Shown: positions 36,648-45,806 of the stretch, one piece after another
How the letters are laid out: every line of letters starts with the position of its first letter
Position numbering within the stretch: the stretch's first letter is position 1
Sequence record: NZ_CP092205.1
From: a plasmid
DNA: 64,000 nt
Strand: one strand, 5' to 3'
Notes under the pieces: generated by a model
Seen by the model: only the letters and a program-made list of their open reading frames with translations
Database searches by the model: none
What the model was told of the DNA's origin: nothing
Made by a program: the position numbers and the translations under genes

Positions 36648-39386
36648 TTGAGACGAGGTATTTTAGAAATGGAGATTCTTACAAAGGAGGATATCACTTC
36701 TGAAATTGCAGAGACGATTTTGGACAAGATTCATTTGTCTATGACAAAAACAAATCCTCTTTGGCAAGAGTGGGTGATGGGAGAAGAAGAACCTTGGTAT
36801 GAAGGGGAGATCAATTCCCTGTCTCGCAAAGGCTTAATAACCGTTCTCAGGTCTTCCGAAAAAGAACTTTCTCAAGATGGAATGATCGCTCTTTCCAAAG
36901 AGTTTAAATCTCTTGGCGCTTCATTTCTTGCGAACTACTTAAAAAACCGAGCTGAAATAGTCGAAGTTTCAGATCCTAACGATTCTGGACAAGAAGGACC
37001 GGACGAGACTCAAAAATCAAATCTCGAAATACAATCCTCTAACGTTCTAAAAGCAGAACCTACTCCGTCTCAAAAGAAAGCAGGCAACTACAAAAAAAAT
37101 CACGTACGAATTCAAGGGATTGATATTTCAATCGAGAATCGGAAGGGTTCATATCGGTCTGGAGTTGATGAAAGCGGTAAACCCTGGAGAAATCAAATCA
37201 AGTTTGATTACGGGTATATAAAAAGGACACAAGGAGCCGATGGGGATCACGTTGATGTATTTGTAGGTCCGGATCCCGATTCACAAATTGTTTTTGTCGT
37301 GAATCAAAAAAACAAGGATGGATCTTTCGACGAGCATAAAGTAATGCTCGGATTTCACGACGAGAAATCCGCAAAACAAGGATATCTTGTAAACTACAAG
37401 AAGGGTTGGACTGGTCTTGGTTCGATTGTTCTTTTGACCATTCCTCAATTTAAGGAGTGGCTTTTTTCAAAGAATACCAAAACGGAATTAAAGAGTCCGA
37501 AACTTGAGTTTTTAAAATCGAAACTTTATGAATTTCGAAACTCGAATATTGATCTTTCGAGGCTTTCCGAAAAAGCAAATCGGTTGAGGTCTGTTTTAGT
37601 TGGCGGATCTGTTCCGGACGAGGAGTATCTACATTCTGTCCAAAAATCAGGGAATGCGGCCGCTCTCATACCTAAACAAATCGTAGTTCATGGAAAACAC
37701 GGAAATTACGTTTCGACAAGGCTTGTAAACCCGGAAGGATATACGGAAAACCACTTCAGTCTTAAACAAGAATCGGCGGTAAGAATCCGTCCTAAGAAAT
37801 ATTCAGATCGCCCCGTTTACAAGCTCTCTCCGGAAGACAAAGATCATGGAAAATTAATCGATCACATAAAGAAAACACTTCTAAGTCAAGGTTTGGATTC
37901 AAGGGCAAAAGAATTTGTAGATCTTGCCTATATTTCCGATACGCGCCAAGATATTTTAGACATCGCTTCCGATTATGTAGATCTTCGAGGAGAATTAAAA
38001 GAATCCGGATTATCCGAAGATGAAAGCAACTTGTTTAAAGCCATGTTACTGGCAGTGTACGAGCCACTTGAAAAGTTAAATTTGATTTTGAAAGGGAAAC
38101 GTGGCCGTCCTCCCGCTCCTATGGGAACGAAGAAAGATTGGAAGGATGGATCGACACGAATAAAAACTGCCGACGGTTGGAAGCCTGTCAAAAAAGAAAG
38201 GCAGGTAAAAGAAGAAAAGCCTACAGCTAAAAAAAGACATTTAAGGGTTATAAAGCCTTCTAAAGAAAGTAGAACTACGAAGAGCGGCTCACTTCCGACA
38301 AAACTTCCTTTCAATCAAATCCGAACGATTGAACAATATACCGCAAAAAAAGATTTCGATCGAAATCAAATCAATTCCTTAAAATTAAAAATCAAAGACA
38401 GTGGATACGATCCCGGATTTCCAATTATCGTAGATAATCAAGAAGGAAAATGGACGGTCGTTGCCGGTCATCACAGATACGAGGCGGTCAAGGAATTGAT
38501 CGCAGAAGGTCACTTTCCTTCCAATTTCGAAATACCAATTGTTCCAAAAGAATTCGCTTCCAGTAACGACCGACTAACTTCTCAGCTTTCAGAGAATCAT
38601 CGAAGAAACGTGTTGCCGACCGATGAGGCGAAAGCATATGGGAAGATGATAGAAAACGGCTGGGATGCGAAGAAAATTTCTGAAAAATTAGGGATTACGA
38701 TCGGAGAAGTGAATAAGCGGTTAGCGTTGAATAACTTAACTCCGGATCTTTTTACACTCGTTCACAAAAAAGACAAATCGCTTCCGTTGGGAGTTGCGGA
38801 AGTCATCGGACTTTTTGCAAAAGACGTAAACGACAAGCCGAATGCAACGATGCAGATCCGGGCATACAAATGGTATGTTGCGAACAGATCGAAATACCCA
38901 GGTAGAGGTCCGTCTGTAGTTCAAAACTATTTGAAAGAATTACAGTCTGGTCAGTTCGATCATTTTGATTTCGATTCCGTCGCAACGGATGTTCAAAGGG
39001 AAGCACTCAGGACGGTGTCTATGGAAACGGCGGCTACAAACCGTAAGATGCTCGAAGTCATGATGGATTCATTATCCAAAACCTATCAGCGCGTACTTGG
39101 TGACAATGTAACGTCTTTGTCCTCTCAAACAATCAAGGAACTCGCGGCTTCTATCGCCGTATCTGCTGACAAAGGAGTCGGATCATCGTCTGTCATTGGG
39201 AGGCTTAACGTAATTATTCAAGATTTATCCATTATCAAAGATTCTCTACAAATGAAACTCAAAGAGATAGAGGACGATTCGAGTATGCCGATGATGTTCG
39301 CAAAATCCTTTCTTTTGGATATTGATGAGACGATTTTTAAAGCAAATCAGGTTAGGGAAGACTATTCTTTGGTAGTTTTGAAATGA
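36648..39386 (+). CDS. large multi-domain ('polyvalent'-type) phage protein: inorganic-pyrophosphatase-like domain + ParB/Srx-like domain + C-terminal helical region
   Basis: '…RKGSYRSGVDESGKPWRNQIKFDYGYIKRTQGADGDHVDVFVGPDPDSQIVFVV…DEHKVMLGF' parallels the family-I PPase core (E. coli '…[23 protein letters not shown]…'). Later 'FPIIVDNQEGKWTVVAGHHRYEAVKEL…' is a ParB N-domain box. It shares a 'TLLxxGLDxRAxEFVDLAY' motif with the 1,584-aa protein. Confidence 0.6.
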   Translation: MRRGILEMEILTKEDITSEIAETILDKIHLSMTKTNPLWQEWVMGEEEPWYEGEINSLSRKGLITVLRSSEKELSQDGMIALSKEFKSLGASFLANYLKNRAEIVEVSDPNDSGQEGPDETQKSNLEIQSSNVLKAEPTPSQKKAGNYKKNHVRIQGIDISIENRKGSYRSGVDESGKPWRNQIKFDYGYIKRTQGADGDHVDVFVGPDPDSQIVFVVNQKNKDGSFDEHKVMLGFHDEKSAKQGYLVNYKKGWTGLGSIVLLTIPQFKEWLFSKNTKTELKSPKLEFLKSKLYEFRNSNIDLSRLSEKANRLRSVLVGGSVPDEEYLHSVQKSGNAAALIPKQIVVHGKHGNYVSTRLVNPEGYTENHFSLKQESAVRIRPKKYSDRPVYKLSPEDKDHGKLIDHIKKTLLSQGLDSRAKEFVDLAYISDTRQDILDIASDYVDLRGELKESGLSEDESNLFKAMLLAVYEPLEKLNLILKGKRGRPPAPMGTKKDWKDGSTRIKTADGWKPVKKERQVKEEKPTAKKRHLRVIKPSKESRTTKSGSLPTKLPFNQIRTIEQYTAKKDFDRNQINSLKLKIKDSGYDPGFPIIVDNQEGKWTVVAGHHRYEAVKELIAEGHFPSNFEIPIVPKEFASSNDRLTSQLSENHRRNVLPTDEAKAYGKMIENGWDAKKISEKLGITIGEVNKRLALNNLTPDLFTLVHKKDKSLPLGVAEVIGLFAKDVNDKPNATMQIRAYKWYVANRSKYPGRGPSVVQNYLKELQSGQFDHFDFDSVATDVQREALRTVSMETAATNRKMLEVMMDSLSKTYQRVLGDNVTSLSSQTIKELAASIAVSADKGVGSSSVIGRLNVIIQDLSIIKDSLQMKLKEIEDDSSMPMMFAKSFLLDIDETIFKANQVREDYSLVVLK

Positions 39387-39390
39387 AACA

Positions 39391-39627
39391 TTGGAGGAAA
39401 CTTTGAAAAATCACGAATCATTTAGACACCATCCGGAAGTTCTCCAGTTTCGAGCTTTGCTTACTGAGGGACTGTTTTTTCACGCTTTATCTCAGCGCGC
39501 CTTTGATGAGATTATGACTGCAATCGACAAAGCGTATGTCGATCGAGACAATCTTTTGCGCTTTCTACAAAAACGAGAATTGATCGGAGATTTTGAAAGA
39601 GAACTACAATACGGAGAATTGGATTAA
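39391..39627 (+). CDS. hypothetical small protein
   Basis: 78-aa ORF immediately downstream of the 912-aa gene. Confidence 0.3.
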   Translation: MEETLKNHESFRHHPEVLQFRALLTEGLFFHALSQRAFDEIMTAIDKAYVDRDNLLRFLQKRELIGDFERELQYGELD

Positions 39628-39837
39628 AAGTGAGAAGAGTAACTTGATATTTTAATTTCATTTTATGAAAAAGTAAGGAACTCCAGAAGGTAAAGTAATC
39701 CAAACTTCTCTCGGTAGATTGTATTCTATGAGACTCGAAGCAATCCCAAACAAAGTCCGTCGTATCTCCGCCTTTTAGAAAAGATACTTTAGAAAAAGGT
39801 TACTTACGTTTTCAGACGTGAGTTTTAGCCTATCTGC

Positions 39838-39939
39838 CATTTTTCTTGAATCCAAAGACGCATAAGTAAATGACAAAAGCTAAAATCGCACAACCTACCC
39901 AAACTGCAACGGTCCAGATGACCGTATACATCAGGATCA
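39838..39939 (-). CDS. small hydrophobic peptide (33 aa, single TM); candidate holin/lysis-associated or membrane peptide
   Basis: Manual translation from ATG gives MYTVIWTVAVWVGCAILAFVIYLCVFGFKKNGR*. It is not in the ORF track because it is under 60 aa. Confidence 0.25.
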
Positions 39940-39945
39940 ATAGAA

Positions 39946-40236
39946 TCAGATTTGTTTCCATTCTTTTCTTCCGGGGGAATCAATTGAAGTTTTTGAGTAA
40001 ATGAATAACACGAAAACTAAGCCAAAAAGACCGGCGTTTAGAGTCAAAGACTGTCCTTCTCTGATTCCTTTTTCAAAAGAAAGAGTGAAGAGAGGAAATC
40101 CGTTAAACCAATGCGACCAATGGTTACGAATTGCAAGTCGCCATCTTTCTTTATCAATCAGTGTCTTAGATGAAAATCGAGAAGCCCTGATTCTCCAAAG
40201 AAAGAGACTGGTTCGAGTCCAAATTCTTGAAAACAT
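39946..40236 (-). CDS. hypothetical protein with a TM segment
   Basis: 96 aa. 'LNAGLFGLVFVLFIYS' is a hydrophobic helix. Confidence 0.25.
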   Translation of the reverse strand: MFSRIWTRTSLFLWRIRASRFSSKTLIDKERWRLAIRNHWSHWFNGFPLFTLSFEKGIREGQSLTLNAGLFGLVFVLFIYSKTSIDSPGRKEWKQI

Positions 40237-40240
40237 ACGA

Positions 40241-40591
40241 CTATAAACCGGAACGTCGACTTTCCAAAGCCTTCGCTTTTGATAACAGATCGGACACGAT
40301 TGCCGACACGCTTTCTACAACTTTAGAAATATCCGATTCAACGCTGAACTTTCCATACGCGTACTGAGTGAGTTGGTGAAAGATCAAATCCTCGCTATTT
40401 CCAGGATAGGACTTTTCCATTTCCTTCGCTTTCACGAGCAATGCTTCAATCAAAATATTTGCGTCGTTTGCCGCTTCGCTTGCCTCTTCGCTTGCCTCTT
40501 TTCCTTTGTTAATACCTAGGCCTGTGAGTTGGCTCAATTGTTGAAAAATTAATTGTTGGTTCATACTGCTTCCTCCGCAACATCCAGACAT
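40241..40591 (-). CDS. hypothetical protein
   Basis: 116 aa, alpha-helical-looking, with an 'MSGCCGGSS' N-terminus. Confidence 0.3.
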   Translation of the reverse strand: MSGCCGGSSMNQQLIFQQLSQLTGLGINKGKEASEEASEAANDANILIEALLVKAKEMEKSYPGNSEDLIFHQLTQYAYGKFSVESDISKVVESVSAIVSDLLSKAKALESRRSGL

Positions 40592-40772
40592 AAATTCGTT
40601 ACCACTTGCCTATAGGGCATGATTCTCGTTTTAATTTCGTTTTCAGCCTTACAAAGCAGTGGCAAACGGAACACTGCTCTCCAAAAAATCCCTTTAACAA
40701 TAAGGGACACGTAAGACACGTTCCCATTCTTTTTTCTGAAAAATCATAATTTTTCTTTTCATCCATGATTGA

Positions 40773-41231
40773 CTAACTCCAGAGTCTTCCGTGAACGGTA
40801 TATTGAGATACTAAAGTCCAATGGAAAAATTCGTACTTATAAACTTTGTAACGAGTAAACCAATTGGAGATGTAACAAGTATTGCATGTGTTGATACAGC
40901 ACGTACTCGTGCAACACGGTATAAAAACCGTTCCGCCGGTCCAGCAAAGGCCAATTGTGTTGCTCTGAGAATATCCCGCCGGACAGTCAGGGCAATCAAA
41001 CCAAGGTCCAAGGTTATGACAGCTAGTGTTTCCCCCACACTGCCCGCAATCGGTAACGTTTCCACCCTGATCGATATGTGCGTCTACTACGTGCCAAAGG
41101 TCTCCGATAGAATAAGAACCTTTTGGAAATACATCGTAACGATCAGGTCCTAAATTCCCCACCCAATGGCCACCGGCTCCCGATACTGGAGAAGATGGTC
41201 CGCTAGGTGGGGTTATGCGAAAGGGAACCAA
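40773..41231 (-). CDS. Cys-rich hypothetical protein; possible distal tail-fibre/receptor-binding fragment
   Basis: 19 Cys in 152 aa ('CGQCGGNTSCHNLGPWFDCPDCP…CCTSTCCINTCNTCY'). It lies downstream of baseplate J/I-like genes, where fibres usually sit. Confidence 0.3.
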   Translation of the reverse strand: MVPFRITPPSGPSSPVSGAGGHWVGNLGPDRYDVFPKGSYSIGDLWHVVDAHIDQGGNVTDCGQCGGNTSCHNLGPWFDCPDCPAGYSQSNTIGLCWTGGTVFIPCCTSTCCINTCNTCYISNWFTRYKVYKYEFFHWTLVSQYTVHGRLWS

Positions 41232-41413
41232 GTACCTCCATTATCCTTACTCCAATAGGCAAAGTTCCCTTGCGTCCGTACTTGAAATTTTGCGTTGTCG
41301 TAACCGGGTGAAACGGAAGTCCTGATAAAATTTTTAGATTCCACATGCCCAAAAAGCCAGTTGATCGCATCGGCAATTGACGTTCGGTCACCGATTCCTG
41401 GATTTAACTGCAC
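41213..41413 (-). CDS. hypothetical ORF; possible fragment of a frameshifted tail-fibre gene
   Basis: 66-aa ORF overlapping the Cys-rich ORF in another frame. Confidence 0.2.
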   Translation of the reverse strand: MQLNPGIGDRTSIADAINWLFGHVESKNFIRTSVSPGYDNAKFQVRTQGNFAYWSKDNGGTWFPFA

Positions 41414-41595
41414 CTCTACCCCAATTAAACCCGGATCATATACGGGTAAAATTCGAATGAGGTTTGTAATGGGTCCACCGATAGTATTTTTCTTAAAAGA
41501 TAAAAGACCGATTCTTCCTGTCGTCGGTGTTGGAAGACCTGGAGAGTTTACCCATTGTTCAAAAAGACTCGTCCTGTATGTTTTACGAGTCGGTC

Positions 41596-41997
41596 TTACT
41601 TGGGGTTGAAATCTTTGAGTGGTTGTATTCCAAAGAGAAACCGCCGAAGAATCGGTAAGAGTTTCTCGAGTTCGATTTCATAGATTCCTTCTAAAGAACC
41701 GGAGTGAGGAGAAAGCGTTACAGGTGGAAAGATATAAACTGCGTGCGGTCGAATATAAAGACCGGCACTTACTTTAATTGTTTGGTTATCAAGTGTAGAA
41801 ACCGAAAAACCAATTGCCGTATCCGTGTTTCTTCCGATAGTCGCAAGTATTGCGGTTAGGACTGCGGGAATTGCGGAATGTTCTGATGCCGCTCCCGACA
41901 ATCGATTGAAATCGTTTGCCGTGACTTTTTGAAGTAAACTTTGATAGTAAACTTTAACTTCGTTATCAGTTAAAGGAATCTTTAATTCGTTAGCCAT
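41596..41997 (-). CDS. putative tail-fibre N-terminal (baseplate-attachment) segment. The probable start is the internal Met of the 145-aa track ORF.
   Basis: 'MANELKIPLTDNEVKV…' begins 8 nt before the stop of the upstream gpI-like gene. It is short, with ORF fragments downstream. Confidence 0.3.
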   Translation of the reverse strand: MANELKIPLTDNEVKVYYQSLLQKVTANDFNRLSGAASEHSAIPAVLTAILATIGRNTDTAIGFSVSTLDNQTIKVSAGLYIRPHAVYIFPPVTLSPHSGSLEGIYEIELEKLLPILRRFLFGIQPLKDFNPK

Positions 41998-42607
41998 CTG
42001 TTTCCCCTGCAAATGCGGCAACGCCGGCCGCAAGAATTCGATTGAGTTCGGTGAGTTGTAAGTCGGATAACTTGTTTAAGTCGTTTGTGAGAACGTAAGT
42101 CGCGCCTCTGTCCGGCGTGACAATTGATGAAACAGCTTTGGTATCGGGTCCGGGAAGGATGATGCCGAGATCGCTTGCGGATACGTCGGTTGCAAAACCT
42201 AACTCGTCACAACGAAGAATTGCGAAATCTGGCCTTGGAAAGATCTCTCCAATTTTTGGAATCGTAGGTTCGTTTGAAAGAACGTAACCGATGATATAAC
42301 CGACAAATTCCGAATCGGACATTCCGGAAGGTCGTTGGATTCCGAGTAACTCGGACCATTTTTCTAGGAAGTGTTGTTCGGCACCCGATAAAACTGCGCT
42401 CTTGACCGCAAGATCCTGATATCTAAGATGCCACTCTACGGAGTTGTAAATCGCACCGACATTGATATCGTTTATATTCGAGACAGGAGTTAGTTCAGGA
42501 CGAGAAGGATCACCGAACAGTTCTTTGAAAATTGGGTCGGTTTCATTGAACTGAGGAAGACCATCCAGTAATTTGTTTTCATGTGGCATATTAAGACGGC
42601 TCCACAC
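41990..42607 (-). CDS. phage tail protein I-like (P2 gpI-like baseplate wedge protein)
   Basis: 205 aa, coupled to the J-like gene upstream (overlap) and in the correct synteny position. The sequence is compatible but there is no strict motif. Confidence 0.35.
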   Translation of the reverse strand: MWSRLNMPHENKLLDGLPQFNETDPIFKELFGDPSRPELTPVSNINDINVGAIYNSVEWHLRYQDLAVKSAVLSGAEQHFLEKWSELLGIQRPSGMSDSEFVGYIIGYVLSNEPTIPKIGEIFPRPDFAILRCDELGFATDVSASDLGIILPGPDTKAVSSIVTPDRGATYVLTNDLNKLSDLQLTELNRILAAGVAAFAGETDG

Positions 42608-43787
42608 GAGTTACGGTTCCTGAGATGATTCCTCCGGAAGTTCCGCCGGTTCTTGGAAGATCCACAGTTGGAACAGAAATATCACTCGGAGGTGGAAGAG
42701 GGAAAGGAACCGGATCGGATGCGAGTTTTCCATAAAACTCGGTAATGTTTACTTTGTAAAAATCCGGATGAGCTTTTAAGATCGTTCCCTCGATTTGTTT
42801 TAACAAAACGTCGAAGCCAACTGGTAAAGTATTGAGATATAGAGTAAGCCGATTTTGTGCGATATCTAAGGCTTGTTCGTTTGAAAGTTGAGATTCGTTT
42901 TGAATTTGTAAATCATACTTAACTGTAATTCCAAGAACTGGAATTCTAAAAACTGCGACAAATGTTCCGGCGGCCGCAAAGCCCGGAAAGTTTTCTGGAT
43001 CCGTTAGATCCCCTTCAATCGTTTTCTGGACAAAATCAAGAAGACTTTGAGGAGGATTGGAAGTTCCGTCCGAAATATAAAGATTGATCCAACCGATTTC
43101 AAACGCACCTGAAAATGGATTCACGTTTGTCGTAAGTTGAATTCCAGCCACTCCGGGAATTGAGGTCGCTGCTGTATAGATTCCGAGCGGAGTAGAGCGA
43201 CCAAGAGAAACGATAAAATTGCGAAAACGACGGAGTCTATTTTCTTCGCTTTCAATATTAGTTCCGCCCGCGAAATCACTCGGATTCCAGATCCTTGTAT
43301 TTGGCGGAACTTGTACGTTTACAGAACCAAGTCCTTCTTGTGTATCAATCGAAAGCCGAGTAATGTTATAATCTTTCCCTGGGTTCTTGGCTCTGATTTC
43401 GATTTCAACGGAAGATTCTCCAACGGGGATTGTAACGGGCGCAATGGATTCATAAACGAGACCGAAGAGATCAAGTGTGAAAATCCCAATATTTACAGGA
43501 CTCGTATGGCCTGAGTGATCGATTCGAAGAATTCCGATCGCCTTTAAACCGGGCAATCTCGTAAATCCGAATGCGTTATATACTCCCTCCCTGATCGAAT
43601 AATCGAATCCGTTCAGAGTCCTTACATCACCTTCCGCAAGAACTGAGGCAATTGTCGCAATCCAAGTTGAGATTCTGGATCCCGGATTGAAATTTGATAA
43701 CCGGGAGCCACTGGCGAGTAAGCTATTTTGTTGAGCCGTTTTGTATTCGAGTTCCGTTTTAGGAATATAAGGTACGGGAGTTCCCAT
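42591..43787 (-). CDS. baseplate J-like protein (P2 gpJ / T4 gp6 family)
   Basis: 398 aa with size, synteny (J then I then fibre) and a Gly/Ala-rich N-terminal region compatible with Baseplate_J. Confidence 0.45.
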   Translation of the reverse strand: MGTPVPYIPKTELEYKTAQQNSLLASGSRLSNFNPGSRISTWIATIASVLAEGDVRTLNGFDYSIREGVYNAFGFTRLPGLKAIGILRIDHSGHTSPVNIGIFTLDLFGLVYESIAPVTIPVGESSVEIEIRAKNPGKDYNITRLSIDTQEGLGSVNVQVPPNTRIWNPSDFAGGTNIESEENRLRRFRNFIVSLGRSTPLGIYTAATSIPGVAGIQLTTNVNPFSGAFEIGWINLYISDGTSNPPQSLLDFVQKTIEGDLTDPENFPGFAAAGTFVAVFRIPVLGITVKYDLQIQNESQLSNEQALDIAQNRLTLYLNTLPVGFDVLLKQIEGTILKAHPDFYKVNITEFYGKLASDPVPFPLPPPSDISVPTVDLPRTGGTSGGIISGTVTRVEPS

Positions 43788-43856
43788 ACATGAAAACGTA
43801 ACTCGATTTCAAAAATCGGACATCCGATAGGGTGAAAGAATTTATTCTTCCAAGCG

Positions 43857-45806
43857 ATGGGAGTTCTCGATTCGGTTTCTGGATTCGGCGGAGGTGTAGC
43901 AGATGGTGCGAAATCCGCTTTTAATTCTGTTACGGGTGGAGCGTTTTCCGGAAGTTTAGCACCGACTTACCAACCGCAGAATGTATTTTCTCTCTCCTTT
44001 TATGAAAAACAAAACAACGGTTCCTATAATCTCACGGACGGGAATGTCGTTTCGAATGAATATTTTTTTGTAAATGGTCCGCTTCAATATACGGAGAATT
44101 TTAAATACCGCGTAGGGATTGAAAAAACTTTCGGCGGAGTCGTGGTCGTTGACTATGGACCGGACAACCACGAGATTAAACTGGAAGGTGAGTTTCACAT
44201 TTACCACCTGGGACTTCCTGCAAAACCCAGGTCTGCGATTCCGGGAGATACGGGCGCGGGTTTTATTCAATCCGCATTTTCAGCCGCCAAAAGTATCGTT
44301 TCGAATACTGTAAGTAGCTATTATGATAAAATCAGAAGCAGTTATCTAAGCCTTGGAGGAGGGGATTTCCGATCGGGATTGCAAGAATTCCAGGATTTTA
44401 TGTTCATCCTGCACTATTCCAGAAATCTTGACCCGGTACAATATACGTCAAACGATCCTCAAGGTTCAAAGATTGCAAAACTTTTTAGAGAAAGAAGGCT
44501 GACTTGGAAGAGTCACGCGATGATTTTTCGCGACTATGACCGAAACCGAACCGTTGAGGTCGTTGTTCCGTCTAGTGGATTTACGATTACTCGTTCCGTC
44601 TCCGATACAAACACGTACAAATATTCGTTGAATCTGGTTGTTGTACGTGAACTTGATTCTTCCATTACGAGTCAGCTCATCCGAAGTAATTTCAATCCGT
44701 TTAGAACAATTTCAGGACTCATGAACGAGTTAGAAAATATCGTAAATCTCCCTTTGCAGTTGTCGGGTGCGCTTCTTGGAGTCGCGCGAGGTGTTCAAGT
44801 TTTTGCTAACTCTTCCAAAAGACTTCTCTCTTCTTGGGATCGGATGAAAAATCAGTTTAACGCGCAAGGAAAGTTAGCACGAAAAACCTTCGAGAGTGCC
44901 AAAGCCGACCTTGGGATAAAATCAAAAAAACGGGGATTTAACGCTGAAGAAATCTCACAAAGAATTGACGACGCATACAAAAAATCAAGATCGAACGAAG
45001 CGGATTTTAGACAAAGTTTAGAGAAAACGTCTATGGATTGTAATGCCTTAATTTCTCTTATCGCACAATTTACGGTTCCGGTTCAAACGGGAGGATCGTA
45101 TGAATCGATGTCCCTACAACCGAACGCGGATTTGAGTGCTTGGATTGATAACGACGTTTACCAGTTTGCATTGACGGTAAATCAGATTCTTTTAGAAACA
45201 CAAAGCGCAATCAATCAGGCGGCTGTTGACAATGAATTTTCCATACATTACGTTTCATCGGGTGATACCTGGGAAAAGGTCGCAGCGAAAAAATTAGGGG
45301 ACGCGACTTTAGGCCAAGCACTTGCGCTTTATAACGGACAACATGAAACGACCATTCTTGCAAGCCGCGCGATTAAAATCCCCTTTGGGACAAAGACAAA
45401 TGTGTTTACGGTTTTACCGGACAATCCGACGCCAAGAGATTTAGAAATCGCACTTCTTGGATGCGATATAAAGCTCACGGAAAATCGAGGGATTGATATT
45501 TCGCCAACGGGTGATTTAGCAATTGTGGAAGGTGACGAAGCTCTTGTGAATGAGAAGCTCGATCATATCGATATTGTAATAGGATCGATTCCGGGAAGTC
45601 CGGAGCTTGGGAATCCTATCGTTTGGGGTGAAACTCTGGATGAAATTTTCAGTAAGGGATCTATTCAACAGCTAATACAACAGTTTAAGTCGGATCCAAG
45701 AGTGAATGACGCTCGCTTTCTGGGAGTATTACAAGATGGGGACAAGATTTTATTTCGCTTTTATTTGGAATCTATTTCAGGTGGGAGTAACGTCTTGTCA
45801 ACATGA
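43857..45806 (+). CDS. phage tail/baseplate protein with a LysM domain and a C-terminal gp25/gpW-like wedge segment
   Basis: LysM-like 'HYVSSGDTWEKVAAKKLGDATLGQALALYNG'. C-terminal 'DLAIVEGDEALVNEKLDHIDIVIGSIPGSPELGNPIVWGETLDE' resembles the gp25/gpW family. Confidence 0.4.
   Translation: MGVLDSVSGFGGGVADGAKSAFNSVTGGAFSGSLAPTYQPQNVFSLSFYEKQNNGSYNLTDGNVVSNEYFFVNGPLQYTENFKYRVGIEKTFGGVVVVDYGPDNHEIKLEGEFHIYHLGLPAKPRSAIPGDTGAGFIQSAFSAAKSIVSNTVSSYYDKIRSSYLSLGGGDFRSGLQEFQDFMFILHYSRNLDPVQYTSNDPQGSKIAKLFRERRLTWKSHAMIFRDYDRNRTVEVVVPSSGFTITRSVSDTNTYKYSLNLVVVRELDSSITSQLIRSNFNPFRTISGLMNELENIVNLPLQLSGALLGVARGVQVFANSSKRLLSSWDRMKNQFNAQGKLARKTFESAKADLGIKSKKRGFNAEEISQRIDDAYKKSRSNEADFRQSLEKTSMDCNALISLIAQFTVPVQTGGSYESMSLQPNADLSAWIDNDVYQFALTVNQILLETQSAINQAAVDNEFSIHYVSSGDTWEKVAAKKLGDATLGQALALYNGQHETTILASRAIKIPFGTKTNVFTVLPDNPTPRDLEIALLGCDIKLTENRGIDISPTGDLAIVEGDEALVNEKLDHIDIVIGSIPGSPELGNPIVWGETLDEIFSKGSIQQLIQQFKSDPRVNDARFLGVLQDGDKILFRFYLESISGGSNVLST

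Noticed and set aside
37973-39006. Minus-strand ORFs (37973-38314, 38736-38924, 38803-39006) and others inside the giant genes (48274-48528, 49114-49323, 50338-50541, 51794-51979)
   Set aside because: They are embedded antisense within long multi-domain ORFs that carry clear MTase, ParB and HEXXH motifs.
40195-40225. tRNA-like T-loop string 'GGTTCGAGTCC'
   Set aside because: The flanking sequence cannot form acceptor, D or anticodon arms. The stems beside the TTCGAGT loop are not complementary. No tRNA was called.
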